A DNA stretch of 64,000 bases, taken from Tubulanus polymorphus (Eukaryota > Animalia > Nemertea). The notes under the pieces were generated by a model that made no database searches, had not been told where the DNA came from, and saw only the letters and a list, made by a program, of their open reading frames with translations. The position numbers and the translations under genes were made by a program. The stretch is taken from NCBI RefSeq assembly GCF_964204645.1, contig NC_134026.1:18262150-18326149 (forward strand). The letters are read 5' to 3'. Positions 11,854-24,300 of the stretch are shown here, one piece after another. Within the stretch, counting starts at the first letter, position 1, and every line of letters begins with the position of its first letter.

Positions 11854-14654
11854 TCCCTTAGCGCAAAACTACTCAGCCACGCGGGCTGGCATCTCGTATT
11901 TCCAGCAACCAGTGGACCCTGTGGTGCACCCAGCTTACTTGGAGTAGTACAAAGATTCGCTGGACCAAACGGTATGGGGAGCCCCTCGGCCCTCCCAGGA
12001 CTGGTCATGGCCTCCTCTCGAATCCGGTATCAAAGATCTAAAATTCTTTTCGTGCACGGAGCCGCATTTTACCGAATTTCGGCCCAGCTATTATGCGACT
12101 CTAGGTTCGTCATTCAAGCCAAACACGGCTATCGATGCGGATATGGTTATGTTGGGCATTTCCACGGCTCAACCTAGCACGTATGCCATGCCTAAACAGG
12201 CAATGGCGGCTATGCAATCATTGAGCGAAAGCATTTGCCAAATTGGTTCCTTTCAAGACATTGCTCGTTCGCGATGCATGGGGAACTGGCCTCAATAAAA
12301 TCCCGGCTTCGTCGGCGCCTGATTTTGATATGGTTTCGGATGGGGTCGCTACGATTGACAGACTCCTACAGCCATCAGCAAAAGCGATTTGTCATCAAGC
12401 GCCGGTGGCAGTCAGGTTACAGGCTAATCTGGCCTTGATAGCTCAGCACTCCTGGTTAAAAGATGCTTAACTCCCAGATGCGATTAAACAAAATTTGTAT
12501 AGGGCCCCGTTGGGGCTGTCAAGTCGTTTGTTTTTGGGCTGGTGTGGGCCGGCAGCTCAACAAGCTCAAAGGCTGGAGGATTCGCAGCAAAAGACGGCCC
12601 CTTAGCGTATTCCTAAGAAAAAGGATGCGGCCAATTCGATCGGGAAATCGGTTTTGGTTACGGTACATGACGGTGCTAACCGGTCGGCCCAGTATCGACA
12701 GGCCGGTTGGTCTTCGAATAGTTCTAATGCCTTTACTTTGAATCAGAAGTCGGGCAAGAAGTTCTCCGTAAGGGTAAAGGTCCAACAAGGTCAAGCCCTT
12801 TCGGAGGCAGACTAATCAAACGCAATGAAGGATCCGTATCTGTGGGAGCATGCCTAAGAGGCTGCCCTTCCCGCTGGTACGATATCTTTGGCGATACCTG
12901 GCCGACACGAACAGGATCGGCCGGGTACCGGATTCAGTTTCGAAAGAAACCTCCCTCGGGGAGGTCCCCTCCGGACATGCGACCCAAGAAAGGTCAGGAG
13001 CAGCACATTACCCCGGCGATACAGGAGCTAATCGAAAAAGGAGCCTTGCGTCGCGTTCGGGGTCATCCCTCTCGGGGTTGGTATTCCAGGATCTTCACCG
13101 TTTCCAAGGACGGTGATAGACCTCTCTCTCCTAAACAAGTTTCTTGACTGCCCAAAATTCAAAATGATGACCCCCAAAGAAGTCATTCAAGGCCTGAAAC
13201 CCGGGAAATCGGCTGCTTCTATCGACCTGAAAGACGCTTATTTTTAAGTGCCGGTGCATCCGAAGTCACAGCGGTGTCTTCGAGTAAAGGGGAAATGCGT
13301 CCACTATCAGTTCACGTCGCTGCCCTTCCGCCTGAGTTCAGCCCCCTTGGGTATTTACCAAGGTCGTAAAGGTGGTCCAGAAAAGGCTACAAAGGAAAGG
13401 TATTCGTCTTTTTGTATACCTAGACCATTGGGTTGGGGGTAGGCAATTCGGAGGAGGAATGTCGAAGAGTGATCGGAGAGACGTTCGATCTCGTTCGGGA
13501 ATTAGGTTTCCTCGTAAACAAGAAGTCCCAGCTGGCCCCATCGAAGAAATTCCTTTATCTCGGAATGTTTTTCGATCTCGTTCGAGTGATATTCCAGCCG
13601 GCGGACGGCCGAAAAGAGAAACTGAAATCGGCAGTTCTCGGCTTGATCAGTGGAACACAGCGTTCCTCTCGTTTTTGGTCGCAGACATATCAACATTGTA
13701 GAGATATTAGCGGTCTGGAAAGCCCTTAAGTGTTTTCGACGTCAGGTTTGCGGTCGCCATGTCCGGATAGTGACAGACAATTCGACGATGAGGGCCTACT
13801 TGCAGAATCATGGCGGCACAAGGTCTCACATCCTCTCCCAGTTGTCCTTTCGGATTCTACTCTGGTCTTTGGCTCGCGGGACGGTTCTGTCCTGCGCACC
13901 TAGCGGGCAAACTCAATGTGGTCACGGACGCCCTATCGCGTCAAGATCGCCCCATTCCGACGGAATGATCACCTAATGGGGATGCCGACCTTGGATCTAT
14001 ATGCCACGCGGTTCTATCCTTTTTCCCCTTTTTTTCTCATCCCTCTCTCCTCCCCAAACTCATCCCCAAACTCATCAACAAAAAAGAGAAAGGGACGGGA
14101 AGACGTCTAGATTTATTTCCAAACAAGCTTATAGGCCTAACAGCAAACTTCTCTTCCCTAAACCCACAAAGTCATGAGAGAACGGGTTTTGTGTATGTAA
14201 GCGATAGATATCCAAACACAGTTCTAAACAATCAAGCAGCTGCTTTTTGATGGTAGACTACCACAATGCAATACTGGCGTTATTTCCGGCCAAGCTAGCG
14301 TTGGCTATGTATGATTTTACAGGGAACGTATTGAAGGGAATACCCCAGCTGCTGAGGGTATTCCCTGGTATTTCCTCAACAACCAATCAGAGCGCAGCTT
14401 TCTCACAATGACGTCACAAGAGCTATCACGCAGGCCGCGGCATATCCCGTTGAAGAGCAGTGATTAGCTGAAAGAGCCCACGTGATCTCCACAGAATGAG
14501 GTATTCATTTTCCGGGTGGAACATATATTCGCGAAAAATTTAACGTTTTAAATGGCACTACGGTACGGTACAAAAGACGTGCACGGCATTTTGTTAGCAA
14601 GTTATTTCCGGAAAGGTCTCCAGACCATTATAAAGACTTTGTCGACTATAGTCG

Positions 14655-15565
14655 ACGAAGTCAAAAAAGTGCTAATTTTGGCAAACTACAATGGCTGCCA
14701 GTAGGCCATCTTGATTCTTACAGGGCCAGTTTTTGGGCTGAAAATGTGTCTAGGAGAGATACATGTGTAACCAAATATCAGGACATTACATTGAAGCATA
14801 AGGACTGACGAAAAGTGAATGCAATAGCCCGCTGGGACTTAGGTCCCAAGTGGGCTAAAAACCAATGACCTAGAAACTCACCAAAATCATAGAACACGAG
14901 CTGAAACTTTTCAATTGATTGTGGTAATAAAATATGCTTAGGTATCAATATAATGTGGAGAAATTTTTTCCTACCTACTAATGAGTACTGATGACACCAA
15001 TATGGCCGCCAATTATGTCATAATTGGCTGATCAAAAATACCTGTCTCGGGAATAAAACATCCCTTTCCAAAGAATACCCATCACAAATTGCAATGAGAA
15101 ATGGCAAACTAGTAGGAAGCTACAACCTCAGAATTCGGGCCAAAATTGACATTTCTGGGCACTAAAATGATCATGGGACGGCAATCTTGAGTCCGACCAA
15201 CCCAATTTTTCTTATGCTGATGGGCCCTTTAAGGATTCAAATATATACAAGTGATCAAAGTAATTAATATAAGCGTCATCAAAATTTCCCTCAAAAAGTT
15301 CAAAAATGTGTAAAAAGTGCTGATTTTGGGGAAAACAATGGCTGCCAGTTGGCCATCTTGATTCTGATAGGGCCAATCTTTGGGCTGACCATGTGTCTAG
15401 GGTAGATACATGTGTAACCCAAATATCAAGACATTACATTGAAGCGTTTTAAAAACTTCCAAAAATAGCTGGATTCCGTCTATGGACGGTTGACGGACAA
15501 AAAGTGAATGCAATAGCCCCCTGGGACTTTCCCCTGGGACTAAAGTCCCAAGTGAACTTATAAAA
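14655..15565 (+). mobile_element. Non-autonomous Helentron/HINE-like repeat, two adjacent partial copies
   Basis: GGCCATCTTGATTCT...GATACATGTGTAAC module followed by a terminal stem-loop (AGCCCGCTGGGACTTAGGTCCCAAGTGGGCT) and an A-run, seen twice. Collinear with 32150-32830. Family assignment is inferred from structure. Confidence 0.6.
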
Positions 15566-16947
15566 AGTAAACAGATTTTCTGATTATACTCACAGAACCA
15601 AAACAAATACTAAAATTCTTGCGATATCTAATCACATTAGAAAAATTAAAACCCATACAGAAAACTGTGAAGCTGGCATATAGCAGCAAAAATCGATCTT
15701 TTCACAGGAAAGGGTATCATGTACAATAAGCAGGCAGCAAACTCGCAGTTTTAAAAATGCTTGCCCGAAAGTACTTTTTGGGATTCATAAGGGATTCAGG
15801 TGGGCAAAAAGGTTTTTACACCGGAATACCTTCCTAGGATTCACACCCTTTTTAGGCAGGAATACCTACCTTCTTAGGAATCGCATACCTGGTATATAAA
15901 ACCACTTTCCTTTGTCTTCTCTTGATAATCATTTTCCTTCCTCTTTTCGGCCAGCTAGTGAAAGCATGAAATTCATTGTACACTAGGCTTAATGTATTAA
16001 TGTATATTCTCTTCCCATTGCGACAATTTGGGCGAACTTCTAATACAACATCAATGAATCAAAGAGAAGGCTTTTTTTATATAGACAAGTGTATATATAT
16101 AATGTGTATAACATAGATATACTATTCACACTATCTTGAATCTATTGGATTCTTTACTTTTGTTCATTCATTCATTAATAACCGTTACAGATTAAATAAA
16201 GGATATCTTTTGCAAACTGGAGCCATTTCAACAGTTGATATTCACATTACAGCTCATTATTATGGTATGGGTATCAAATACATGTATAATATGTCCGTGG
16301 CGTAATACAACACACAGGATGATAAAAATCCTGTACTGCATAGGCTGCACATCCCACAACTAAACATATGAAACCTATGATATGGGTTTTGACCTTCTGC
16401 TAAGAATTAATACAGTACCCAACTCGACAATAAAAACTAATGTGAAATAATCTAAAATCAAACCATTGATTAATGATCTTGATGATTTAGGCATTACATT
16501 GTAATCTTAAACTATGCTTATAGATACCTCGATCTGATTCAAGCCAATACTACCCAAATTAAAATTGAGATTGCAAGATGTAGAGGTTAATTTCTGTAAT
16601 CTCAACTTAAAAGGCATATTTGAGGAGACATATAATACATAACATATTGGGTAGGTGTACCAGTACACAAATTGTATGGAAAAGTATTCCCCCTGAAACA
16701 TCAGCATTAGTTCTCAAAACTTGTGCCGAATCAAAAATACATAAGTATTTATCACATTATCTTCACAATTTAGATTAAAAATTGTACAACCAAATTTTTT
16801 TTCATTGTACACTAATGTTACTTCTTGGTTAGACATAAAATGGTTGAAATATTCACATTGGAAAATAAATGAATGCTTTGGTATCATGAAAAACAACTGT
16901 GGTTGTACATGCACTATGTATACAAGTTTCCAATGATTTGATCCTAA

Positions 16948-17393
16948 AGGTAGAGACACATGAGCGTATTTTTTTTGCCCAATCGCGACGATTAAATACG
17001 CAAACAAATTCATCGCCGAATTCATACGCCCGATACGAGCGGGCACAAATAGCGATCAAACCGAAATTCAGTCAGCGACTGGCACTTAGTGGCAGAGTTA
17101 ATAAATCACATGATATCAACAATGCATCCTATTGGTTGATAAAAATGGATCGCTCAGCGGAATTTGTCGAGTACGGACGGACGAGCGAATTTTTGGGCGC
17201 TCCGATCGCCGGCGTAAATAATCGGGCGAAAATATCAAACATGTTCGATAAGGGCGATTCGCCGGGGAATCGAGTTGGCTGACGAAATTTTCGCTGCCGT
17301 GAATGGCCACTTGAGCAATTTTTTCGCGCGATTTATAAATTCGCCACGATCGGCGGTGTGCCCCTACATAAATATGCTCGTGTGCCTCTACCT
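16948..17393. mobile_element. PIF/Harbinger-like MITE with TAA target-site duplication
   Basis: TAA|AGGTAGAGACACATGAGCGTATTT ... AAATATGCTCGTGTGCCTCTACCT|TAA; the interior is CpG-rich and non-coding. Confidence 0.8.
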
Positions 17394-17800
17394 TAACAGA
17401 ATTCACAAAAGATTTTTCAGATATAATACATGTTGAGGAAGCTCCTCATCATAAAACTTGATAGGTACATCACTCACCTCATTCTTTGAAAGGTGAAAAC
17501 TCAAGCAACTTAACATTTCACAAGAAAAATGATATTATTTATGACTGGTGCTATCTAAATAATAGTTGCGTCATAAAATTTTGATCCACGATTCTTTGTA
17601 TAAATAAATAAGGGTGCAGGGGTCTCAAACATTTGAATATACATGTTACTTTATTCCAAGCATGCACGTACAGTAAACTACATTCAAGTTGGATTGATTT
17701 AATAAGAGATTAAAATGACGTCAAATGATACTAGCAATGCTATCAACTACTCTGTATTCAATTACAGGATGTTCATGAGAATATCTACGAAAAATATAAC

Positions 17801-19014
17801 CAGGGCGGATCCAGGGGTGGTACGGAGTGACTTTTTTTGGCCGAGTGACCTTGGAATTTTCTCCCTCAAAAGAATAAAATTGTGAGCGAAATTGTGAGCA
17901 TATTTATTCCTAATTCCAACCAGGAAAGTCCTCAGAATGCACCTTCAAGAATTGAAGATCCTTGCTTTTGGCACTTCGTGCAGATGTTGGCTTAGGGCCA
18001 ATAATATATGCAACATAGTGACCGATATATTCCACCTTTTCTCTAAAGCTAGATCCGCCCAAGATAACCTGTTGTCAGCCAATTGGCTGTATATTTTCTT
18101 TAATACTGACCAAATTTCGAGCCCATACACGGCAGGTGTGTTGGTGTGAACACATTCCTGCCAAGTCCCTAGTCTCATTATAATTTGTCTAAGAAAATTT
18201 CTTAGACTATATTTACCCATAACTGATCCTGCACAGTCATGCTTTAGATTTTGATTGTTTCACTTCAAAGCATCATTTTAAGTGGTCAGGAAATGCATCT
18301 AGAATGCTTCAAATCTTCAAAATTTTGGTGGGGGGTGGACCTTCTCCCTCAAAAGAATAAAATTGTGAGCGAAATTGTGAGCATATTTATTCCTAATTCC
18401 AACCAGGAAAGTCCTCAGAATGCACCTTCAAGAATTGAAGATCCTTGCTTTTGGCACTTCGTGCAGATGTTGGCTTAGGGCCAATAATATATGCAACATA
18501 GTGACCGATATATTCCACCTTTTCTCTAAAGCTAGATCCGCCCAAGATAACCTGTTGTCAGCCAATTGGCTGTATATTTTCTTTAATACTGACCAAATTT
18601 CGAGCCCATACACGGCAGGTGTGTTGGTGTGAACACATTCCTGCCAAGTCCCTAGTCTCATTATAATTTGTCTAAGAAAATTTCTTAGACTATATTTACC
18701 CATAACTGATCCTGCACAGTCATGCTTTAGATTTTGATTGTTTCACTTCAAAGCATCATTTTAAGTGGTCAGGAAATGCATCTAGAATGCTTCAAATCTT
18801 CAAAATTTTGGTGGGGGGTGGACCTTTAGATACTCAGATGATAGGTTACAGGGTCTACAAATATCAGAACAAACACTGAAATGGTGAAGGAAGGTAGTTG
18901 GGATAGACCCAACCCTTTTTTGAAACTAAGCCCAATGATGTAAATGATAAAATAAACCGCTATCTTAGTGCCTGCATTGGTACTGGTGATCACTTTATTC
19001 CTGGATCCACTCTA
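17801..19014. mobile_element. Probable non-autonomous TIR element (CAGGGCGGATCCAG-type end) containing a tandem duplication
   Basis: Left end CAGGGCGGATCCAGG at 17801 and a degenerate right end CCTGGATCCACTC at ~18999-19012. No TSD confirmed. Confidence 0.45.
17861..18826 (+). repeat. 483-bp tandem duplication, two apparently identical copies
   Basis: Identical ORF pairs at 17937/18420 and 17945/18428 (offset 483). Each unit runs CTCCCTCAAAAGAATAAAAT ... GGGGGTGGACCTT. Confidence 0.95.
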
Positions 19015-19594
19015 GTAAAATTGTCAAAATATGTCCAACTTGAGAGCAATATCTGTATAGGATAGTATAGTATAATAAATCATTCACATATAGCCTAGGG
19101 CCTGAAAAACATTTCAACAAACATCAGGGTTAAATGGTTATCTACTGTACAAAGATATGTACTTAAAACCATTGAAAATGCATACATAAGTGCAGGGTTT
19201 TGAATATATGAAAAGTATACATGCACACTTTATCAATTCTTCCATCCAAACATACATACATGCTGTATGAAAAATATATACAGTCGAAATCAGCTAATCC
19301 TTCTTTGGGGTTACATCATAACTTTTCCATAAATTAATTTAGTGTTGGGTCCCATTTTCCTTTACAATTTCTATATCTACCATAATCAATTTTTCATTAT
19401 CCATCAATTTACTCAGGAACTAATGTTCCTTGATGGATATTCTAAGCCAAATCCGAAACCAAGTTCACCCCAAAACATGGTATCACGCAATTATTTTGAA
19501 GACAATCAAGCTGTATCAATCAGCATCAGTAGAATATGCAAATACAAACTGACCAGGTCGAGATTTCAAAAGACTATCGTTTGACTTAATCATA

Positions 19595-20640
19595 AATGAA
19601 ACAAGAAAAAAATATTGACTTCCCTAAATTTACATGAGTGCATGTTTTAATCCAGCATCAAAATTAAATATTGGTACTCTACAGATTGAGAAGAACAAAT
19701 GTAAAAGAGTGAAAACTCCATTGGATTGAATTCAAATGATGGGAGAAAACTTACTTTTTACAGATATTAGATCAAAAATAAGGACGAAAAATATCAAGAA
19801 AAAAAATTTATTTTCAAATTATGAAAGGAAACCCATACCTTTCTTCGGCAGTATGGTTCGGCAGGCAAGTGATCGGAGATATCGAACGTTTCTAAAGGTT
19901 TTGGCAGAATTTCAGAGAATCTGTGCTCCGACCAAGTAATCAAAAAGCCTAAGATGTCCCCCCTTGATTGAATCAAGAAGTTTTTAGGAAAATCTGTCTA
20001 TTGACACGATCTCCGTGCGGTACATGTTGTAATCACACACAACTACATGATCATGAATATACATGGTAGTGGGTTTTCCCCACTGACTCAAATAGACACT
20101 CCACGTTCATGGGGTGACGATTCATTTATTTCATGCACTGTGTACGAAGTTTGTTAGACAATTCATTTCTGTAAATTGAATAATTTCCAAGATTCACTTC
20201 CCACTTTCCCAATTTCACTGCCCTTCTATAAAATTCACTGCATTTCACGGCCACTGGCAATGAACATTTGCAGTTTCCAAGAAAACTTTAACTAGGCCAC
20301 ACACGAGCCACGCTTTTCATATACATGCACAGATCAATACACTATATAGCAGTGAGTATATGTGACAAGACGTGTGTGAAGCATGAATATACATATCATG
20401 GCATGTGTTCTTCCAAAATGAAATGTAGTTCCAACAACAAATAAATGACTGAATTAATAAATACGCAATGGATTCCGATGAAGTTCAATATCGTTAGAGA
20501 TTTTATTATAGCATTGAATGTTTTGAAAGTCCCGAAGAGAAACTAAGTTTTCTTTGAAGTTATTTTGTACCAAAGGAAGAAATTTTCATATGCAATAGCA
20601 AAATGGACTACGCTAAAGCAAAAATCCATAACAAATGACA
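19595..20640 (-). repeat. Diverged ~1 kb repeat, copy B (inverted copy of 850-1725)
   Basis: Reverse-complement similarity to 850-1725 across its length, with extra sequence at ~20310-20460. Confidence 0.85.
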
Positions 20641-21310
20641 ACTATATGGATGGACCTCTTATCGTGGTATTCAAGATATAAATAGGTCAAAATAGATAAG
20701 TAAGTACTATATGTACATTCCCAGTATCTTAGAGTTCATGCACTCCCGAGTAAGCTTCTTAGGACATTCACTGTTACACGAACCAAAATAATTAAGATTG
20801 GTATAATGGAAAATGTATATGGTATCATGGATGATGAATTATCCAGGCTCAATTTCAGTTTAATCTTATGAACTTCGCCAAATATCAGTCTTGATAATGA
20901 AGTGTCAATTTTGGCAGCTAAGTTTATATATTTATATTCCAGTAACTAGTAAATGAAAAATAGGCCAAACACAGAGTAGCAAAGTAAAGCATTCGGGAGC
21001 CTAAAAATGCAATTCAAATTAATTGAAGATTAACAACTACTGACTACAATTGAAGATTAACCACATGCTGCACCATGAATTGAGGGGAATCCCATCCAAA
21101 GATGATTGTATATTAGTACATCACTGCATCCCAGGTATTATGGATCAACTGAGGTCGACTTTCAATAGATTTTTATTCACATTTCAGAAACAGAATACCG
21201 ATAGTTCAGCTGCTGCATACGTATACATACAGTGCCACGTGTAAAATTGGTAACTGGTGAACTTGAAAGTAAGACTGGATTCGAGTTCATTTATATCACT
21301 GGTTCTTTTG

Positions 21311-24300
21311 TCATAATGAAGCCATAGTCTGCTGTCCATATTCGGTTCCTATCAATCCCCGACATAACATTGTAAATTCCTTAATTATCTCTCGCAATTT
21401 TCGCTTATTTCCTCGATCTCTACAAAACATTATTTTTACATAAATGAAAATATGATTTTCTGATCGAATGTTTGAGTGGTACATACCTGATAAAAGTCTT
21501 ATTAGGACCAGAAAAGACTGGCAGTGGACCCAAAAAATTGTTTTTTAATCCATTCTACACTGTATTGAGGGGTTGCAAAAAAGTCTGCATCGAAAGGGGT
21601 TCAAGAGAGAAAAGGGACTCCATGATTTGAAAGTTTAACAATATCTTTCCATGCCTACCAACTGAAGTTTGGCATGGAAACACATTGTTAAACTTTCAAA
21701 TCATGGAGTCACTTCTCATTATTCAACCCCTTTCATGAAGACTGTTTGCAATCCTTCAATACAGCAGAGAACATGAGACACCCATTACCTCACAACCCCC
21801 CACCAGCCATCTTTTCAAAAAACACTAACCACTTAACTCTCCTGGCCCACCTTATCTTGTAATGTGGTATGCCACAGGGATAGCATTTGATTCCTACATT
21901 ATCTATTGTAAATATTGTATCCGAGATTATCAAGATTCAAAGTAACTGTCACTTGAGATATAACTATACCTTAGCACAGATTTAACAAATCTCTCTTTAT
22001 CATCTTGAGTAAGTCGAGGAGATGGGTATCCATCTTGACTCAATAAATCATTCAGCCATTTGCGGGAATACTCGTTGAAATTTTTATTCAACGCCTGCAT
22101 TGTATCCGACACATGGTCATTACATCCACGATGCTGCTCTGCACCTATTACCTACAAAACCAAGAATGCAATAGATTGCTATTACATCTGAATCAATAAA
22201 CCCACTATAAAACTCCCTAAGCTGATATATCTATATCTATCATCGGTAATAACGCAAATTTGACAATTTATTATATTATACCTGCAACAGTCGATCTAAC
22301 AAAACTTGTCCATGATTCATTATGATTTCTTTTACCACAGGTAGTTTTTCATTGGCATTTAAAAGTTCAGTCTGAAAATAAGCATGAGATCTGAGCTAAA
22401 GGGAACCAACAACAATGTTAACATACAGATACACAACTTGAATATACATGATTAAAAGAGAAGAAACTTTTATTCAACGCCTCCTTGGCGTTAGATTGGT
22501 CACTTTTAATAGGTTTGCAATTAGTTTTATATAGAGCATCATGAATTTAACTAGATTAGTACTGATATTGCAAACATGATTTGCAAAATGTACATAGATA
22601 TGTGAAATACATTATCTATGTACATGTAGTTAACACTATTTACATACACAAATGATCATACATTAGTTCAATTAAGATCGACTTACAATGACAAAAATAT
22701 GTAGAAATCTTACCAGAAAACAACAGCACGATTTAAAGGTATGATGTTCCGGCAAACATAAACCATACAAAGCTGTAAAACACCACAATTACAAAATATG
22801 TACCAATGATTTCAGGACCATTCCCGATAAAAAGATTTGACTTAACAATAGATCCTGATGTTTGATATTCATTATTTACGTGTTCTAAATGAGAGATTTG
22901 AGCAATAGAAAAAGGTCAATATGATACCAAGAAGCGAACTACCAAAAGCTGCTATCAATTATAACGCCCTATTTATCTTTTTATCTTATTGCACTTATAT
23001 TCATTATAAAAATCTAACTCAAACTATGAGACTGGCATATTTATCTAGTCAGATCTTGATACACTGCCAACATCAGGGATTCGTGATTTTGATGGTAGAG
23101 AGAATATGGCAGTTTATCAGGGTATTAGTTACAGGAGTTCCTGAACCTTCATGTCAGAGGTTTATACAGTAGAACTGGCGTAAGTCGGACACGCTGGGAC
23201 CACGGGGAAAATGTCTGACTGAAAAATTCCGATTATGAGTTAGTCGAATTTTGGGGGTTTTCTAAGAAAAATCCGAATTAGCTACAAAATACGACCCTGA
23301 ACCTTAACAACTGAGTGACACGGGGTCAATAATGATGATGATGATGGTTCATTTATTTAGTGCCAATTCCACTGATAAACATTGTTCATAGGCGCTCCTC
23401 GAATTAGTGTCTATGAATCTAAAAATGCTGCTTCGAACAGAAACGTTTTAACACCCGACTTAAACAGAGCAAATAAAATAAATTACCATGCGCTTATAGC
23501 GGGTACACAACTTTGCCCGAGTAAATTACCGAGCGACATTGAAAAGTAACAACCACGTGTATATTGTCTATGGGAATCGCAAATACAAAGTTTTCAGTCC
23601 CCCTTGTAAGGGATTAACGAGTTTATGTCTCTGATCTATGACCAACAACTGGCTGTAAGCTTGAGATTTAACAGGTTTGGTAAATTAATGATGTCAGGTG
23701 CGGATCCAGACTATCGCACATGCAGCACGCGCAGTAGTCGCAATTTTCAAATGCGGCGAAAAATTTTTGTCGAGAAAAGAGTAAATAAAAGGGCACACAA
23801 TTTGTGCGCCATAAAAAATAAATGCCTTTCTGTACTAGGCCTAAAGCAAAATGTGAATGAAAATAAATTGCCCAAAATCAAAAAGGGCAATCTAAGGAAA
23901 TCTAAGGGATTTTCCTTTACTCAAAAGGGCACTATTCTAAAAGAGACATTATTGTTGCTCTATAAATTTAATCGAAAAGGGGCAAATTTCGCCAAAAATC
24001 TAAAAAAAAGGCACAAGCAAATTGAATGTGAAGGCAAATTTAGTGGCATGATACCAATAAATGCCACTCAAACTCAAACTCGCTCGCTGGGCATTTAAGG
24101 GGTCATGAAGAGGTTTTTAAGATATGGCTAAAAGTATTTTCTATCATCAATTATAACCTATTTATTGATTTAGTGGTCAAGAAATTAATTTTCAATTCTT
24201 CAATTAGTGGGAAAACGAGACTTTTGATCGGCCGCGCTGATTCCTTCCCAACCCGGAAGTGTGACGTCATTCCGAGAACCCAAACCAAAACAACATGGTG

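Larger units (their letters stand above)
10823..14014 (+). mobile_element. DIRS-type retrotransposon 5' half: leader, gag-like region, reverse transcriptase and RNase H (pseudogenised), opposite in orientation to the YR half
   Basis: Plus-strand pieces from ~12840: GYRIQFRKKPP, IQELIEKGAL, GWYSRIFTVSKDG, IDLKDAYF*VPVHP, YQFTSLPFRLSSAP, VYLDHW (degraded YLDD), LGFLVNKKSQL, HINIVEILAVWKAL, VTDNSTMRAYLQNHGGTRS, NVVTDALSR, MPTLDLYATRF. The gag assignment for ~11900-12800 is positional. Confidence 0.9.

Noticed and set aside
11689-12177. 162-aa ORF as a host gene
   Set aside because: It lies inside the DIRS leader/gag region, includes a duplicated non-coding segment, and shows no recognisable domain.
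9450-14014. A novel functional RT plus recombinase system with divergent genes
   Set aside because: Both halves have stops and frameshifts, the RT YLDD motif is degraded, and the break falls mid-domain. A single inversion of an ordinary DIRS element is the simpler explanation unless other copies share the layout.
17937-18703. Duplicated small ORFs as tandem paralogous genes
   Set aside because: They are by-products of the 483-bp duplication, with no domain or splice support.
23625-24098. 157-aa Lys-rich ORF
   Set aside because: It arises from A-rich AAAAGGGC subterminal repeats of a non-autonomous element inside an IPO13 intron.
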